A stretch of 64,000 nucleotides of DNA, taken from the NCBI GenBank assembly GCA_963666215.2, contig CAXWPL010000002.1, positions 640,001 through 704,000 of the forward strand, read 5' to 3'. This stretch comes from Acidobacteriota bacterium (GTDB lineage: Bacteria > Acidobacteriota > UBA890 > WLXD01). Under the pieces are notes generated by a model that did no database searches, had not been told where the DNA came from, and saw nothing but the letters and a program-made list of their open reading frames with translations. Made by a program: the position numbers and the translations under genes. The number at the start of each line of letters is the position of its first letter. The stretch's first letter is position 1. Shown piece after piece: positions 10,266 through 21,026 of the stretch.

Positions 10266-10499
10266 AACAACCGACGCTGGCGAATCTTGCCCACCGCGTT
10301 CGCTGCGCGAGGGACAAAGATCGATGCTCGTGGACTGTTATGGATCTTATTGATCACACAAACATATCTAAACCTCTTATAGACCTTATAGAGATCAAGA
10401 AAAGTATTGAGAGACTCGACTGCAGTGCACTACGCTAGCGCACATACTGATTCGCAGCAGATGGATGGGTCTCCCTTTGCTAAGACATCAGGACCGAGC

Positions 10500-10566
10500 A
10501 CGGGACGTGCCGCTATTGTTACGACCGGGGAGGTGGGACAGTGGGCGGCGCGTCCCGTATTTTTTT
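10500..10566 (+). terminator. Long GC hairpin plus T7 run; possible 3' end of a small RNA (~10443-10566)
   Basis: acgggacgtgccgc (10500-10513) pairs with gcggcgcgtcccgt (10545-10558), followed by attttttt. Confidence 0.6.
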
Positions 10567-10606
10567 GTCCGCAGGTCGGCCATCTCCGCTGACCACGCGA
10601 GCTCCG

Positions 10607-13558
10607 CTAAACCAGCGTTCGCGCCTGCGCCGTTAGCGTCTTCACTCGCTCGCTGAGGCGGTTCACGAGCTCGGCCTCTCGCTCTCGCGGGCCAAGCGTC
10701 GACGACGTGTCTTGCGGCGCGATGCGCTCCGCAGCGCCGATAGCGATTCCCACCCGGTGGAGTCGCGGCGATCCGCCCCGAGGCCACATCTCGTAGGCGC
10801 CCCAGATCCCCGCCGGGACCACCGAAACGTCCAGATTGCGGGCAAGAATACCGGTTCCGCGGCGGAAGCGCTGCAGAGAACCGTCGGACGAGCGGCCGCC
10901 CTCCGGGAAGATCACCAACACCATTTCGCGCCTCAGACCCTCCGCCGCAGCCTGCAGCGCCCGTTCGAGGTTGGCGTTCTGATCGATGGGGATTGTGCGC
11001 ATCAGCCTGCCAGCGAGGCTCGTCAAGCCGCCGCTGAAGTAGGCGCTGTAGCCAACAAGAAACACTCGCCGGTACAGTCGACGCGGTAGTGCCATCGTCA
11101 GCAGAAACGGGTCGACGTAGCTGCAGTGGTTCGCGGCAATGATGAACGGGTATTCGGTTGGCAGATTTTCCGCGCCCGAAACGGTGAATCCCGGGTAGGT
11201 CGAGAACACTCCCCGCAGCATCACGAGTAGGGCTCTGAAGACGCGCTCGGCGACGGGGCGAGGCTTGAGATAGGGCTCGATTCCTTCCGGCGAACACCGT
11301 AGCAGCTCGGCCCAGCGATCGGTTTCACCTGGGCCGTTCGTGCTGCCGGTTGTTGGTGCTGCCACCTGCCCGGCCACGAGATCCAACATCTCGCCCACCG
11401 TTTGCAGCTGGCCGGCGCGTTCGGCTGGGATCTCGAACCCCAACGCCGCCTCGAGCTCGGCGTGTAACTCGATCCGATCGAGCGACTCCATGCCCAGATC
11501 GATGTCGAAGTGCTGGTCGCGCCGCACGCCCTCGACACGCGCCTGCTTGGCGATCAGCGCACGCACGTCGTGGGCCCAGCCCGGCTCCCCACTGGTGTCC
11601 TCGGCGGGCGCAGGCGGCGAGAAGGCTCGAAGGTCGTCAGCAGCCCGCGGCCGATCGTCAGCGCCGGAATCGACAGACGCCGAACGACCACCAGCAGAGT
11701 TCTCAGCCGCAACGGCGTCGGGGGCGATGGGGGCATTCGCGGCATGAGAACCGGACAACCGCGCCATGACCTCCTCGCGCAGCTCGAAGCGCTTGACCTT
11801 GCGTGTTGTTGTACGCGGCAACGGCTCGGTACGGAGCTCGAGGCTCGAGATCCGCTGCGGCCCGGTCAGCCCCGACGCCACGCCGTCAATCTCCCACTTG
11901 ACCATCTCCCGTACGTTCGCCTGACCCCGGCGCCGAGCAAACTCCAGATTCGGAACGACCATCGCATGCAACCTCTCAGCGCCGCGTCGGGTGGGGTCGG
12001 GGATTCCGAGGATGCAAAGCTCTTCGATCCAGTCGCTGCGCCCATAGACAGCCTCGAGCTCCTCCGGGTAGATGTTCTTACCCGAAGCCAAGACGATGAC
12101 GTCCTTGGCACGTCCGGTGATCTGCAGTTGCCCGTTCGGCAGGAGTCGGCCGAGATCGCCGGTTTTCAACCAGCCATCCTGAAGGGCCGCGGCGGTCGCT
12201 GTCTCGTCGCGGTAGTAGCCAAGCATCAAGCTGCGACTGTGCGCCACGATCTCGCCGATGCCGTCGCTGTCGACGTCATCGAATCGCAGTCGGACACCCT
12301 CGATCGGGCTTCCTACGGTGGTCGGACTCACCTGCGAACGCGGGTGAACTGTCAGCAGGGCCGTCGCTTCTGTCAGGCCGTATCCCTGCACAAGCGGGAA
12401 TCCGAGGTCGAGGAAATCGGAATAGACCTGCGGATCGAAGCGTGCTCCGCCGGTTACGAGAAGGCGCATCTTGTCGCCGAATGGCTCGTGCGCAGCGGCG
12501 AACAGACGCTTTCCGATACTGAGACCGAGCCGTCGCCGCGCGAATCCAGACACCTTCAGCAGCGTGCGCGCAACAGTGCGTCGAGGCGCCGGCAACTCGG
12601 CGAGTCGCTGCATCACGCGATCGTGGAAACGATAGAAGAACAGCGGCACGCAGGCGAAAGCGGTGATCTCGTGGCGCCGAAAGGCAGCGATGATCTTGTC
12701 GGGATTGAGATCGGCGAGAAAGGTGACGCGGCAGCCACGGTGGATTGGACCGAGGCAGTTGGACAGCAACGGCAACACGTGAAACAGCGGCAGCACGCCG
12801 AGAACATGGTCGCTGGCCCGCAAATCGATGGTCTCGAGTCCCGAGCGGATGTTCTCGTACAGTCCGCCGCGCGAGAGCATCACACCTTTCGGTGTCCCGG
12901 TTGTTCCTGAGGTGTAGACCAGAGTGCCCAAGTCGTCGAACGAGTCGTGGTCGATGCGCGGGTGCCAACCTGCGGACTGATCCGCATGCTTGTCCACGAA
13001 GTCATCAACGGCGGTGAGCGCCGCGCCAGGTTGAGGAGTTGCGGGCGAGGCCAACGGCACAGGCGCTCCTGGCGATTCGCCGTCCCATGCCCGCGTTCCT
13101 CCCCCCTCCTCGCGGGTCGGTGCTTCCCGCGCGGTTGTAGCCTCAGCGTCAAGATCGACGATGAGGGGTGGGTTTTCGACGCCGTGGCAAGCGCTGGCCA
13201 CCTTGTGTGACAGCGCTCGCGACGTGACCACGAGCCGCGCACCACTGTGTTCGAGCACGCGCCGAATAGCCGGCGGCTCGAGCGCCGGGTCGATCGGGAC
13301 CGCCACCGATCCCGCGTACCAGGTCGACATGTAGACCACCGGCCACGCAGGTCGGTTTTCGACGCAAATGGCTACACGTTCGCCGTCGCCGAAGCCGGCG
13401 GCGGCAACGGCGTCGCCCAGCCGCGCCACACGATTGCGCAGACCAACGTTGGTGAGCTCGACTCGGCTGTCGCCCTCTCCAACGAGCTGGAAGATCACAT
13501 CGTCGGGTGCCGTCTCGGCACGCTCGCGAATCACCTCGAGTGGAGTCGGTGGCTGCAT
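10607..13558 (-). CDS. Long-chain acyl-CoA synthetase - acyl carrier - PlsC-type acyltransferase fusion
   Basis: YTSGTTGTPKG, QGYGLTE, TGDLG; ACP motif DLGMESLDRIEL; acyltransferase NHCSYVD and FPEGGRS. Confidence 0.92.
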   Translation of the reverse strand: MQPPTPLEVIRERAETAPDDVIFQLVGEGDSRVELTNVGLRNRVARLGDAVAAAGFGDGERVAICVENRPAWPVVYMSTWYAGSVAVPIDPALEPPAIRRVLEHSGARLVVTSRALSHKVASACHGVENPPLIVDLDAEATTAREAPTREEGGGTRAWDGESPGAPVPLASPATPQPGAALTAVDDFVDKHADQSAGWHPRIDHDSFDDLGTLVYTSGTTGTPKGVMLSRGGLYENIRSGLETIDLRASDHVLGVLPLFHVLPLLSNCLGPIHRGCRVTFLADLNPDKIIAAFRRHEITAFACVPLFFYRFHDRVMQRLAELPAPRRTVARTLLKVSGFARRRLGLSIGKRLFAAAHEPFGDKMRLLVTGGARFDPQVYSDFLDLGFPLVQGYGLTEATALLTVHPRSQVSPTTVGSPIEGVRLRFDDVDSDGIGEIVAHSRSLMLGYYRDETATAAALQDGWLKTGDLGRLLPNGQLQITGRAKDVIVLASGKNIYPEELEAVYGRSDWIEELCILGIPDPTRRGAERLHAMVVPNLEFARRRGQANVREMVKWEIDGVASGLTGPQRISSLELRTEPLPRTTTRKVKRFELREEVMARLSGSHAANAPIAPDAVAAENSAGGRSASVDSGADDRPRAADDLRAFSPPAPAEDTSGEPGWAHDVRALIAKQARVEGVRRDQHFDIDLGMESLDRIELHAELEAALGFEIPAERAGQLQTVGEMLDLVAGQVAAPTTGSTNGPGETDRWAELLRCSPEGIEPYLKPRPVAERVFRALLVMLRGVFSTYPGFTVSGAENLPTEYPFIIAANHCSYVDPFLLTMALPRRLYRRVFLVGYSAYFSGGLTSLAGRLMRTIPIDQNANLERALQAAAEGLRREMVLVIFPEGGRSSDGSLQRFRRGTGILARNLDVSVVPAGIWGAYEMWPRGGSPRLHRVGIAIGAAERIAPQDTSSTLGPREREAELVNRLSERVKTLTAQARTLV

Positions 13559-13637
13559 AGCGAGAGTATAGCTGCGGACGAAACCGGTCCCGTCCGCCCG
13601 TTCGCCCGTTCGCTCGTTCGACTGTCCTGGCGAGTGC

Positions 13638-15152
13638 CTACTCCACCCGTCGACCACGGGCGAAGATAACCGCCACCTCGCGCATGACGCTCATGTCACT
13701 GAGCGGGTCGCCGCGCACCGCGATCACGTCGCCGAGCATGCCCGCTGCCAGTGCCCCGAGCTCCGACTGCACGCCGAGAGCGCGCGCTGGCCAAAGTGTG
13801 GCGGCCTGCAGAACCTCCATCGGCGGCACGCCGAATTCGGTCCAAAGGACCATCTCGCGCCACGTGGAGTCGTTATGGAACATTGTCGGAATGCCCGAGT
13901 CGGTTCCAATCAACAGTCGAACACCGGTCTCCCGCAGCTGTCGGAACTTCACCGGTAACAGTGGAATCCGCGACGGAAACAGCGCGTAGTACGGCAGGTG
14001 CGGAATCGCCGACAACGAGTCGGAAATCTCATTCACCATCGGCTCCGGCATGCCGTCTCGCCAGCCGGGCTCATCGAGGCGCTCGGGGAACACCTCTCCC
14101 GTGTACCGCATCGTGTAGAGCGGCGAAACGGTGGGCGTCCAGTAGAGGGCCGTGTTGCGCTCGCGCAGCGCGGCGAGAACATCCTCCGGGTAGCCGGGTG
14201 CCGTGCCTAGACCGGTGTGCTCAAAGCCGTCGACGCCGTGCCGCAGTCCAACACGAATCTCCTCGGCGCGGTGCGCGTGCGCGATCACTGGAAGACCGGC
14301 GTCGTGCGCCGCCGAGACAATCGCGGCAACAACATCCTCTTCCATCAGGTCTTGGTCGATGAGCTTGATGAAGTCGACGCCGCGGGCAGCGAGGTCGCCG
14401 ACGGTCTGGCGTGCCGCACTCGGACTGCGGACTCCCCAGCGGTAGCTCGACTCCCATTCTGCGTACGGCGCATCCTGCAGGAAGGGTCCCGATACGAAGA
14501 GACGCGGCCCTTCGATCTCGCCCGTCTCGATACGCTCCTTCACCGCGAGAATGTCGTCGGGAGCCGCGCCCATGTCGCGGGCGCTGGTCACACCCGCATG
14601 CAACAGCTGCCGAGCCGCGATCGGCATGACGGTATCGGCTATCGAATCGCCGTACAGCTGTTCCCAGCGCTCGTAGTTGCCGTGGCCGACGTGCTTCAAG
14701 TGCACGTGCATGTCGAAGAGCCCCGGCAGCACCGTCATACCCTCGGTCGAGATGAGCTCCGCCGTGGCGGGGATCTCGATGGAGTGCATCGGCCCGACCG
14801 CCAGGATGCGGCCGTCTTCGATGAGCACCACGGCGTCTTCGATCGGTGGCCCACCGAAGCCGTCGATTACCCGTCCGCCGACGAGCGCCAACGTGGCCGC
14901 GGCCTCTACGCCTTCACGACCTCCGGGACGGCGGCCTGAAGAAGAGTCACCGGTCGACCCTGGACGCGCGTCGCCGGCAGTCGAAGCGTCCCCTGCCGAG
15001 TTCGCTCCGCCCTCAGTCTCGGGGACCGGCGAAGCCGAGTCCTCGGTGGACTCGCCGCCCGGGCACGCCGCCAAGCCGAGCGAGAGCAGCAGCGACGCTC
15101 CCAGCGCAGTCAGCCTCGCCCGGGTCGGGGACGACAACCGGCACCGCCTCAA
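13638..15152 (-). CDS. Amidohydrolase-family lipoprotein (start uncertain)
   Basis: Lipobox LGLAAC, PGLFDMHVH, IKL, AHAH, IGTDSG. Confidence 0.88.
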   Translation of the reverse strand: MRRCRLSSPTRARLTALGASLLLSLGLAACPGGESTEDSASPVPETEGGANSAGDASTAGDARPGSTGDSSSGRRPGGREGVEAAATLALVGGRVIDGFGGPPIEDAVVLIEDGRILAVGPMHSIEIPATAELISTEGMTVLPGLFDMHVHLKHVGHGNYERWEQLYGDSIADTVMPIAARQLLHAGVTSARDMGAAPDDILAVKERIETGEIEGPRLFVSGPFLQDAPYAEWESSYRWGVRSPSAARQTVGDLAARGVDFIKLIDQDLMEEDVVAAIVSAAHDAGLPVIAHAHRAEEIRVGLRHGVDGFEHTGLGTAPGYPEDVLAALRERNTALYWTPTVSPLYTMRYTGEVFPERLDEPGWRDGMPEPMVNEISDSLSAIPHLPYYALFPSRIPLLPVKFRQLRETGVRLLIGTDSGIPTMFHNDSTWREMVLWTEFGVPPMEVLQAATLWPARALGVQSELGALAAGMLGDVIAVRGDPLSDMSVMREVAVIFARGRRVE

Positions 15153-15216
15153 GCCAGCCGGTCTCGACGAGCTTGATGCGGCTGATTCCGACCTTCGCAA
15201 CGGTACGCCGGCGTTC

Positions 15217-16563
15217 CTACTGAGGTTGCGATTCGATCGCCTCCAGCATGTCGGCGTTGGAGTCGAACTTGAACTCATCGAGAACACGCTCTTCGGCCAA
15301 CCCCTGCTCGACCTCGAGCAACGGAGCCATGTCGTCGTAGCTTACGACGCGCTTGCCGAGCGCCGCGAGATGCTGCTGCATCGCCGCGGTATCGAGCGAT
15401 TCGGCGTCACCGGCCTGCTCGAGGTAAGCCTGAACTGCCTTGGCGCCGTTGGTGCCGTCTTTGCGTGCCGCGCCGACCAGCCCCTCGCTCGCCTTACGTG
15501 CCCAGCCGGCGAGGAAGATGCGCGAGAGGTCTCGGTTGCCTTCCGGATCGAAAGCCTCGTAGGAGTTGCCGTCGACCGGAAAGCTCGGCTCCGGATTCTT
15601 GGAGAATTCGTTCCACTCCATCGGTAATCCGAAAGAGGTGTCCACCGTGTCGCCGATGCAAAAAACCACCGTGTCCGCTTCCACAACCCTGAGCTTGCCG
15701 GTGCCCGTCGCCTTCAGGTAGTCCCCGGACAACTCGAGCGTGGTTTCCTCGACTTCGAGCCCGGTGACGTTGCCTTCGTCGTCGCCAACGATGCGCTTGG
15801 GCGAGGCGAAGAAATCGAACGCGAACACCGTGCTGCCATTGGGCTCTTGCCCTTTTCCATATCCAGAAAGGATGAACTCCTTGGCAGCGTCGACGTCCTG
15901 CCCAACCGCTTCCATCGTCGGCAGGCAGCGAGCGAATTCGGTCTCGAAGTCGTCCATGTCCATGTTCTTGCCGAAGATTTGGAACTCCTTCTTGGTGAAC
16001 TTCACCTCCGCAGGGCCGCGACGCGCCACGGCTGTCATGCGGCCCACGTGCAGATCACGCACGCCCCAGTGGGCAATGTCACACATCACGTTGCCAACGC
16101 CAATAAGAGCCACACGGTCGCCCATCGGATACGGCTGCTCGGAGAAGGGCGGCAGGTGGTTGTAGTGATAGACCAGATCTTTGGCGTGGTAGACGCCGGT
16201 GAGCTCCTCACCCGGCAAACCGAGCCACTTGGTTCCCTGCGCGCCCACGGTAACCAGCACCGCCTGAAAACCCATGTCAAGCAGCTGCTGCAGCGTCAGA
16301 TCGCCCTCGTCGCCCACCGAGACGTTGCCGTAGTACTCGATCCGAGAGTCGTCCAGGATCTTCTTGAACTGTTTCCGCAGGCCGCCCTTCATCTTGAGCT
16401 TGTCGGGATAGATGCCGTACTCGGCCAGCCCGCCAGGCTTGATGTCGCGGTTGAACAGCGCCACCTTGGCGCCGCCGTTGGCCAACTCCCTGGCCGCGAA
16501 CAGACCGGCGGGCCCGGCACCGACGACGGCTACGAGGTGTTTGCTTTCAGCTTCCGACGGCAC
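15217..16563 (-). CDS. FAD-dependent ferredoxin/flavodoxin--NADP+ reductase-like oxidoreductase
   Basis: VVGAGPAG, GGLAEYGIYPD, IGVGNVMCD, ARRGPAE, LAGWARKASEGLVG. Confidence 0.85.
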   Translation of the reverse strand: MPSEAESKHLVAVVGAGPAGLFAARELANGGAKVALFNRDIKPGGLAEYGIYPDKLKMKGGLRKQFKKILDDSRIEYYGNVSVGDEGDLTLQQLLDMGFQAVLVTVGAQGTKWLGLPGEELTGVYHAKDLVYHYNHLPPFSEQPYPMGDRVALIGVGNVMCDIAHWGVRDLHVGRMTAVARRGPAEVKFTKKEFQIFGKNMDMDDFETEFARCLPTMEAVGQDVDAAKEFILSGYGKGQEPNGSTVFAFDFFASPKRIVGDDEGNVTGLEVEETTLELSGDYLKATGTGKLRVVEADTVVFCIGDTVDTSFGLPMEWNEFSKNPEPSFPVDGNSYEAFDPEGNRDLSRIFLAGWARKASEGLVGAARKDGTNGAKAVQAYLEQAGDAESLDTAAMQQHLAALGKRVVSYDDMAPLLEVEQGLAEERVLDEFKFDSNADMLEAIESQPQ

Positions 16564-16775
16564 AGTTGTTCTCCGATGGGTTGAGGATTCGGGGCTGGCC
16601 GAGTCGGGCCTTGCGACCTTCGTCAGCGCCTCATGAAAGCTGCGGCGGCGGTTTCGTCGCGACCCGCGAGGAGCGGAGCCGCTTGGCTGCCTGCGCTGAG
16701 AGAGCCGCTCAATTATAGGGGCGGCGCAAGAACGGCGAAACTCGACTTTTGACGTCCCGGCTCTCGAGATCAGGC

Positions 16776-18535
16776 TCAGCTCGACCCGTCGCTGCCGTCA
16801 TCGGAGCGCGGCGGCGGCGGTGCAGTGGTCGCCACGGAGCCGCGGCCGCGGCCGGCATCGTCGATGCTGATGCCGAAGCGCTCCAGGAGTGTCCCGGTCG
16901 ACTGTTCGAACTGCGCGATCGCGTTGTTGAGCGAGATTAGCGAGCCGAGCTCCCGTAGCTGAGCGAACACCAGCTGCGTCTGGAAGTTCAAGACCTGGAA
17001 CGTGGTGCTGATGCCGTTCTGGAAGCGACGAACTTCGGCCTCGTACTGCTGGTCGGCAAGTCGCAGCGCGTTCCGCGCCGCGACCACCGCCTGAGCTCCA
17101 CCAGCCACGTTGCGGGCGGCCTGCTGCACCGCCAGCCGCACCTGCAGTTGGCGGCAATCTGCGTGAGCGTTTGCCGTTCGCGAATCGAAGACTGTGCATG
17201 CTGGCCTTTGGCGAAGTTGTTGTTGATCGGAATGTTGAGCTGAAGCCCGACTGACCAGTTGCGGAAGTCGCCCGACAGAAGCTGGATCAACGAATCGCTC
17301 AGGCCACCCTGCTGAATCTCTGCCACATCACCGCCGAAGGCGCCGGAACGGAAGATCTGATCGCCACCGAGTCCGTTGATCTGCATCGACCCCGCCAGAT
17401 TCAGTTGCGGCAGCAGCTGGTTCCGCGCCGCTTTCAAGTCGATCTTGCGGCTCTCGGAGTTGAGCCGCGCCTGCTGGACGATCGGGTTCTTGACCAGCGC
17501 TTCGCTGACTGCCGCGTCGACGTTGATCGCCGGCGCGTCTGTTACCGGCTCATCGGTGGGGGTGAGCTCGACAGCCCAGCCTTCTGGCACGAACGCGTCG
17601 AGATTCAGAAGCGACTTCAAGAAGTCCTGCTGGTTGGCGAGGGCGATCTCGGCCTGGATAACGCTGAGCTCGGCCGATGCCACCGATTGGTCGGCTTGGA
17701 TAACGACGGTCTGGGCGAGAACACCGATGCGGACCATGGTGTTGTTGCGGCGCAGCTGCTCCCTCGCCAGCTCCAGGTTGCGTAGTTGGATCTCGACGCT
17801 GCGCCGCTGGAAAACGAGATTCCAGTAGGCCTGCACGACCTGCGAAGTCGTCTGTTCGAGCTGCTGGCGGAACTGCTCGCGGCCTACCGAGAAGTTGTTC
17901 TGCGCCACCAGGATGGCGCGCTTGTTGACGCCACGGCCGAGGTTGCGCAACAGCGGCTGCGTGATCTGCAGCCTCAAGCTGCTGTTGTACTGCGGGTTGA
18001 AGGTGGAGAACTGGTTGTTGGTGATCTGCCGCGAGGCGCTGCCACTGAAGTTCCACTGCGTGCCAAGAGTGGTCTGCTCGCTCAGGACGAAGCCGCCCTG
18101 CACGAACTCGCTTGTGAGCACATCCGCGCCACCGAGCTGCGAGGCCGACGACTGCGTCTGGCGGTTGAACGTCTGCGGCGCGTTGAGTTGCAGCTGCGGG
18201 TCGAACAGGCCACGCGCGCTCCGGATGCTCTCCTCGGCCAGCGAGGGGTTGAGGGCGCTGATCTTCACCTGCAGGTTGTGCTGTAGCGCCAGTTCGACCG
18301 CCTCCTGGAGAGACAGCTCGAGCGTGCGGAGCGCGGGCTCCTGAGCCTCCTGCGCCTCGACGACGTCGAGGAACAGAAACGGAAGCGCGCTGGCTACCAG
18401 GAAGCAGAGGAGACGCGGAAGGCTCGATCCGGCCACCGATCGAACAGACTGCGGCCTCAGGCCGACCGTTGGCGAAGCAACGGCCTGGTGAGAAGACGCA
18501 CCTTCGAAGGCGCACTTCTTTGTCTGCCTAATCAT
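16776..18535 (-). pseudogene. TolC-family outer membrane protein, frameshifted near 17150
   Basis: LSLQEAVELALQHN, VVQAYWNL, ARNQLLPQLNL in ORF 16988-18535; C-terminus (QQYEAEVRRFQNGISTTFQVL) is in another frame, 16776-17141. Confidence 0.85.
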
Positions 18536-18837
18536 CGTCCTCGTCGAGTCTTGGCTCGGAAGCCGAGTAGCGCGCGTACTGAGTCCACGCTATTGAAGAG
18601 CAAGGCGTATGCCAGACCTGTTTGCCAGAGAAGTCGATTCGGTATGTACGAGAGTGGGCTGCTCGGTCAGAGTGTCCGATTTTGGGACGGGCCGTTCTAT
18701 GTCGCACACCCGTTGCAGGCCCGTCGCCCACACGCCGCACACCCGTCGAGCACCAGCCGTACACCCGCCGCGAAGTCGGCGATCACCGCGCGGTAGCCAG
18801 GCCGGCCTGTCTCTCTTCCGACGGTTCCGAGTGTGTG

Positions 18838-19800
18838 TCATTCGGCCTCGGGGCACCGTACCAGATTGGCGTCCACTCCCACCCAGAGACCGTCGGCTTC
18901 GCTCGCCAGGCCACGTGCCATGCGTGGTGTGTTGAACGCCGCGGTGGTGTTGCCTTGATGATCAACCAGAACGAACCCGGCATGACCGCCAACGCGCTCC
19001 AGAGTTCGGAGTGCGCCATTGGCGGCGCTCGATGGGTCTTCACCCGCCGCCAGTCGATCGACGACGCCCTTGGCCAGTACGACTCGCAGAATGCCCTCCC
19101 CCCAGCCGGTGCACGAGACGGCGCCAGCGTGATTGTCGGCATAGGTGCCGGCGCCGATCAGCGATGTGTCGCCAACGCGGCCCGGGTACTTGTCCTGCGT
19201 GCCGCCGGTGGAAGTCGCGGCCGCGACATTGCCGTCCCTGTCGACCGCGACGGCACCCACTGTTCCCATGTGGGAGTCGTCGGTTCTGCCCTCGCCCCCG
19301 GGACTGAACTCGCGTGCAATGAGCTCCCGAGCGCCTTCGGTATCCGCACGGATGGCGAGATACCGCTCCCGCTCGCGTCCGCTGAGCAGGTCTCGCGCGC
19401 GACAGCGCTCGAACCCTTGCTCGCGCGCAAAAGTCTGCGCTCCTCCCCCCACCAGCAGGACGTGCTCGGAGGCCTCCATCACACGTCGCGCCAAGCTAAC
19501 GGGGTGCGAGATACGCTCCAGGGCTGCTACGGCCCCGGCTTCTAGCGACGCACCACTCATGATCGACGCATCCATCTCCACGCGACCGGCGCGGTTGAGG
19601 TGCGAGCCCACACCAGCGTTGAAGATCGGATCTTCCTCGAGGATTCGCACCGCGTGCTCCACCGCGTCGACCGCCGACGCTCCGTCGCGCAAAAGCGTCC
19701 AGCCGGCCACCAGGGCCGTGGCGACTCCTGCTCGGTGCGGCTCCACCTCGCCGTCCGGGACATTCCAGGCCCCCCCGTGCACAGCAAGTGCTATTGCCAA
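18838..19800 (-). CDS. Isoaspartyl peptidase/L-asparaginase (Ntn hydrolase)
   Basis: VHGGAW, FNAGVGS, EMDASIM, GTVGAVA, AATSTGG, GRVGDT, SCTGWGE. Confidence 0.95.
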   Translation of the reverse strand: MAIALAVHGGAWNVPDGEVEPHRAGVATALVAGWTLLRDGASAVDAVEHAVRILEEDPIFNAGVGSHLNRAGRVEMDASIMSGASLEAGAVAALERISHPVSLARRVMEASEHVLLVGGGAQTFAREQGFERCRARDLLSGRERERYLAIRADTEGARELIAREFSPGGEGRTDDSHMGTVGAVAVDRDGNVAAATSTGGTQDKYPGRVGDTSLIGAGTYADNHAGAVSCTGWGEGILRVVLAKGVVDRLAAGEDPSSAANGALRTLERVGGHAGFVLVDHQGNTTAAFNTPRMARGLASEADGLWVGVDANLVRCPEAE

Positions 19801-20009
19801 GCGCCCTCCTAGCCTTCCTGAACAACCTCAGCAAGCTCGTGCGAGCCAACTCGGTCGGCGACGGTACAGAATGCGCGAGCGCGATGTTTCTTGCTCGACG
19901 CCGCCGTCGAGAGGAGACTGTCGCAGCCCACCGCCCACGACCGCAAGCCGCGCCGGTGTCACATCGAGGCCCGCCGCAATCCCTAGCTGTCCCGACAACG
20001 GAGACCCAC

Positions 20010-20528
20010 ATGAACATGACCGAGACGCAGTTCGCCGCGCGCCTGTTGCGCCTCGAGCGCTCGAACCGCCAACTTCGCGTCGTGTTGGCGGCTCTCATAC
20101 TCGGCGGCGTCACTCTCGGCCTGGGCGGACAAGACTCCACCGGCAGCTCCGGGCGTACCGTCGACGCGCAGGCCTTCATTCTGCGCGACGCCCAGGGCGC
20201 CGCACGAGCTCAGCTCGCTCTCAGTGAGGGCTCGCCTTCGCTGTCGCTCTACGACCAACGCGGTCGCCTGCGCCTGGCGCTCGCCATCGAATCGGGCGGC
20301 AGCGGCGAAAACGGCGAAAACGGCGGCCCCTTGATGAACTTCTACGGCCCCGATGGCGCCCCGCGGGTTGTTATCGGAGAGCGGGGCACGGCCTCGTTCG
20401 TAATTCTGCGCGACGCCGAAGGTGCCCCGCGAGCCGCGATGGCCGTGCAGGACAACGGCGAGCCCAGCCTCTACCTGCTCGACGAAAACATGAACCCGAT
20501 CTTTCGCGAGCCGCGCACGCAGCCCTAG
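20010..20528 (+). CDS. Hypothetical membrane-anchored protein with LxDxxGxxR beta-repeats
   Basis: RLERSNR coiled coil, TM helix, repeats LRDAQGAARA / LYDQRGRLR / LRDAEGAPRA; SD GGAG. Confidence 0.75.
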   Translation: MNMTETQFAARLLRLERSNRQLRVVLAALILGGVTLGLGGQDSTGSSGRTVDAQAFILRDAQGAARAQLALSEGSPSLSLYDQRGRLRLALAIESGGSGENGENGGPLMNFYGPDGAPRVVIGERGTASFVILRDAEGAPRAAMAVQDNGEPSLYLLDENMNPIFREPRTQP

Positions 20529-20579
20529 GGAACCCGCCTGGCGCCACTCTTTCGGCGTGCGTGCCACCAGAGCCAGCCC

Positions 20580-20638
20580 TACAATCACCTACCGGGGTTG
20601 CCCAGGTGGCGGAACCGGCAGACGCGGCGGACTTAAAA
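20580..20638 (+). repeat. attL: 59-bp direct repeat = -10 box plus 5' half of tRNA-Leu(TAA) through the anticodon loop
   Basis: tacaatcacctaccggggttgcccaggtggcggaaccggcagacgcggcggacttaaaa; 58/59 identical to 36945-37003. Confidence 0.95.
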
Positions 20639-21026
20639 GACTCTGCCCGCCCTTTTCGGGCCTCGCGAGCAACCCCTCTGAACGCCTGTATTTGCGCGCA
20701 GAACCCCTGTCGCGTGGCCTTCTAGGCGTTTCTCTCCGCGCCTCTGTTGGAGAGCCTCAAGTAGCCCAAATGGATGGGTATCTCCTACCCATTTCCCTAC
20801 CCAAGGAGTGGTGCGCGAGGACAGCCAGGCGCGTGGTTCCAGACAAGCGTGTGCGGCGGGTGGCGATAAGACCGCCGCGCGGTTTCGCTCGGCGACGCCG
20901 GTTAGCCACGGATCGTTTAGGACCTGCGGCCGAGATTCTCTTCAGCTACTACGGAATAAGGGCATATCGAAACCAATGATTCTTGATGACAGCCGGCAGC
21001 AACTCGGAGGTGCATCGGCCTAGCAA

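Noticed and set aside
10335-10410. AT-rich GATC-containing patch as oriC
   Set aside because: No TTATCCACA-type DnaA boxes and no dnaA/dnaN context.
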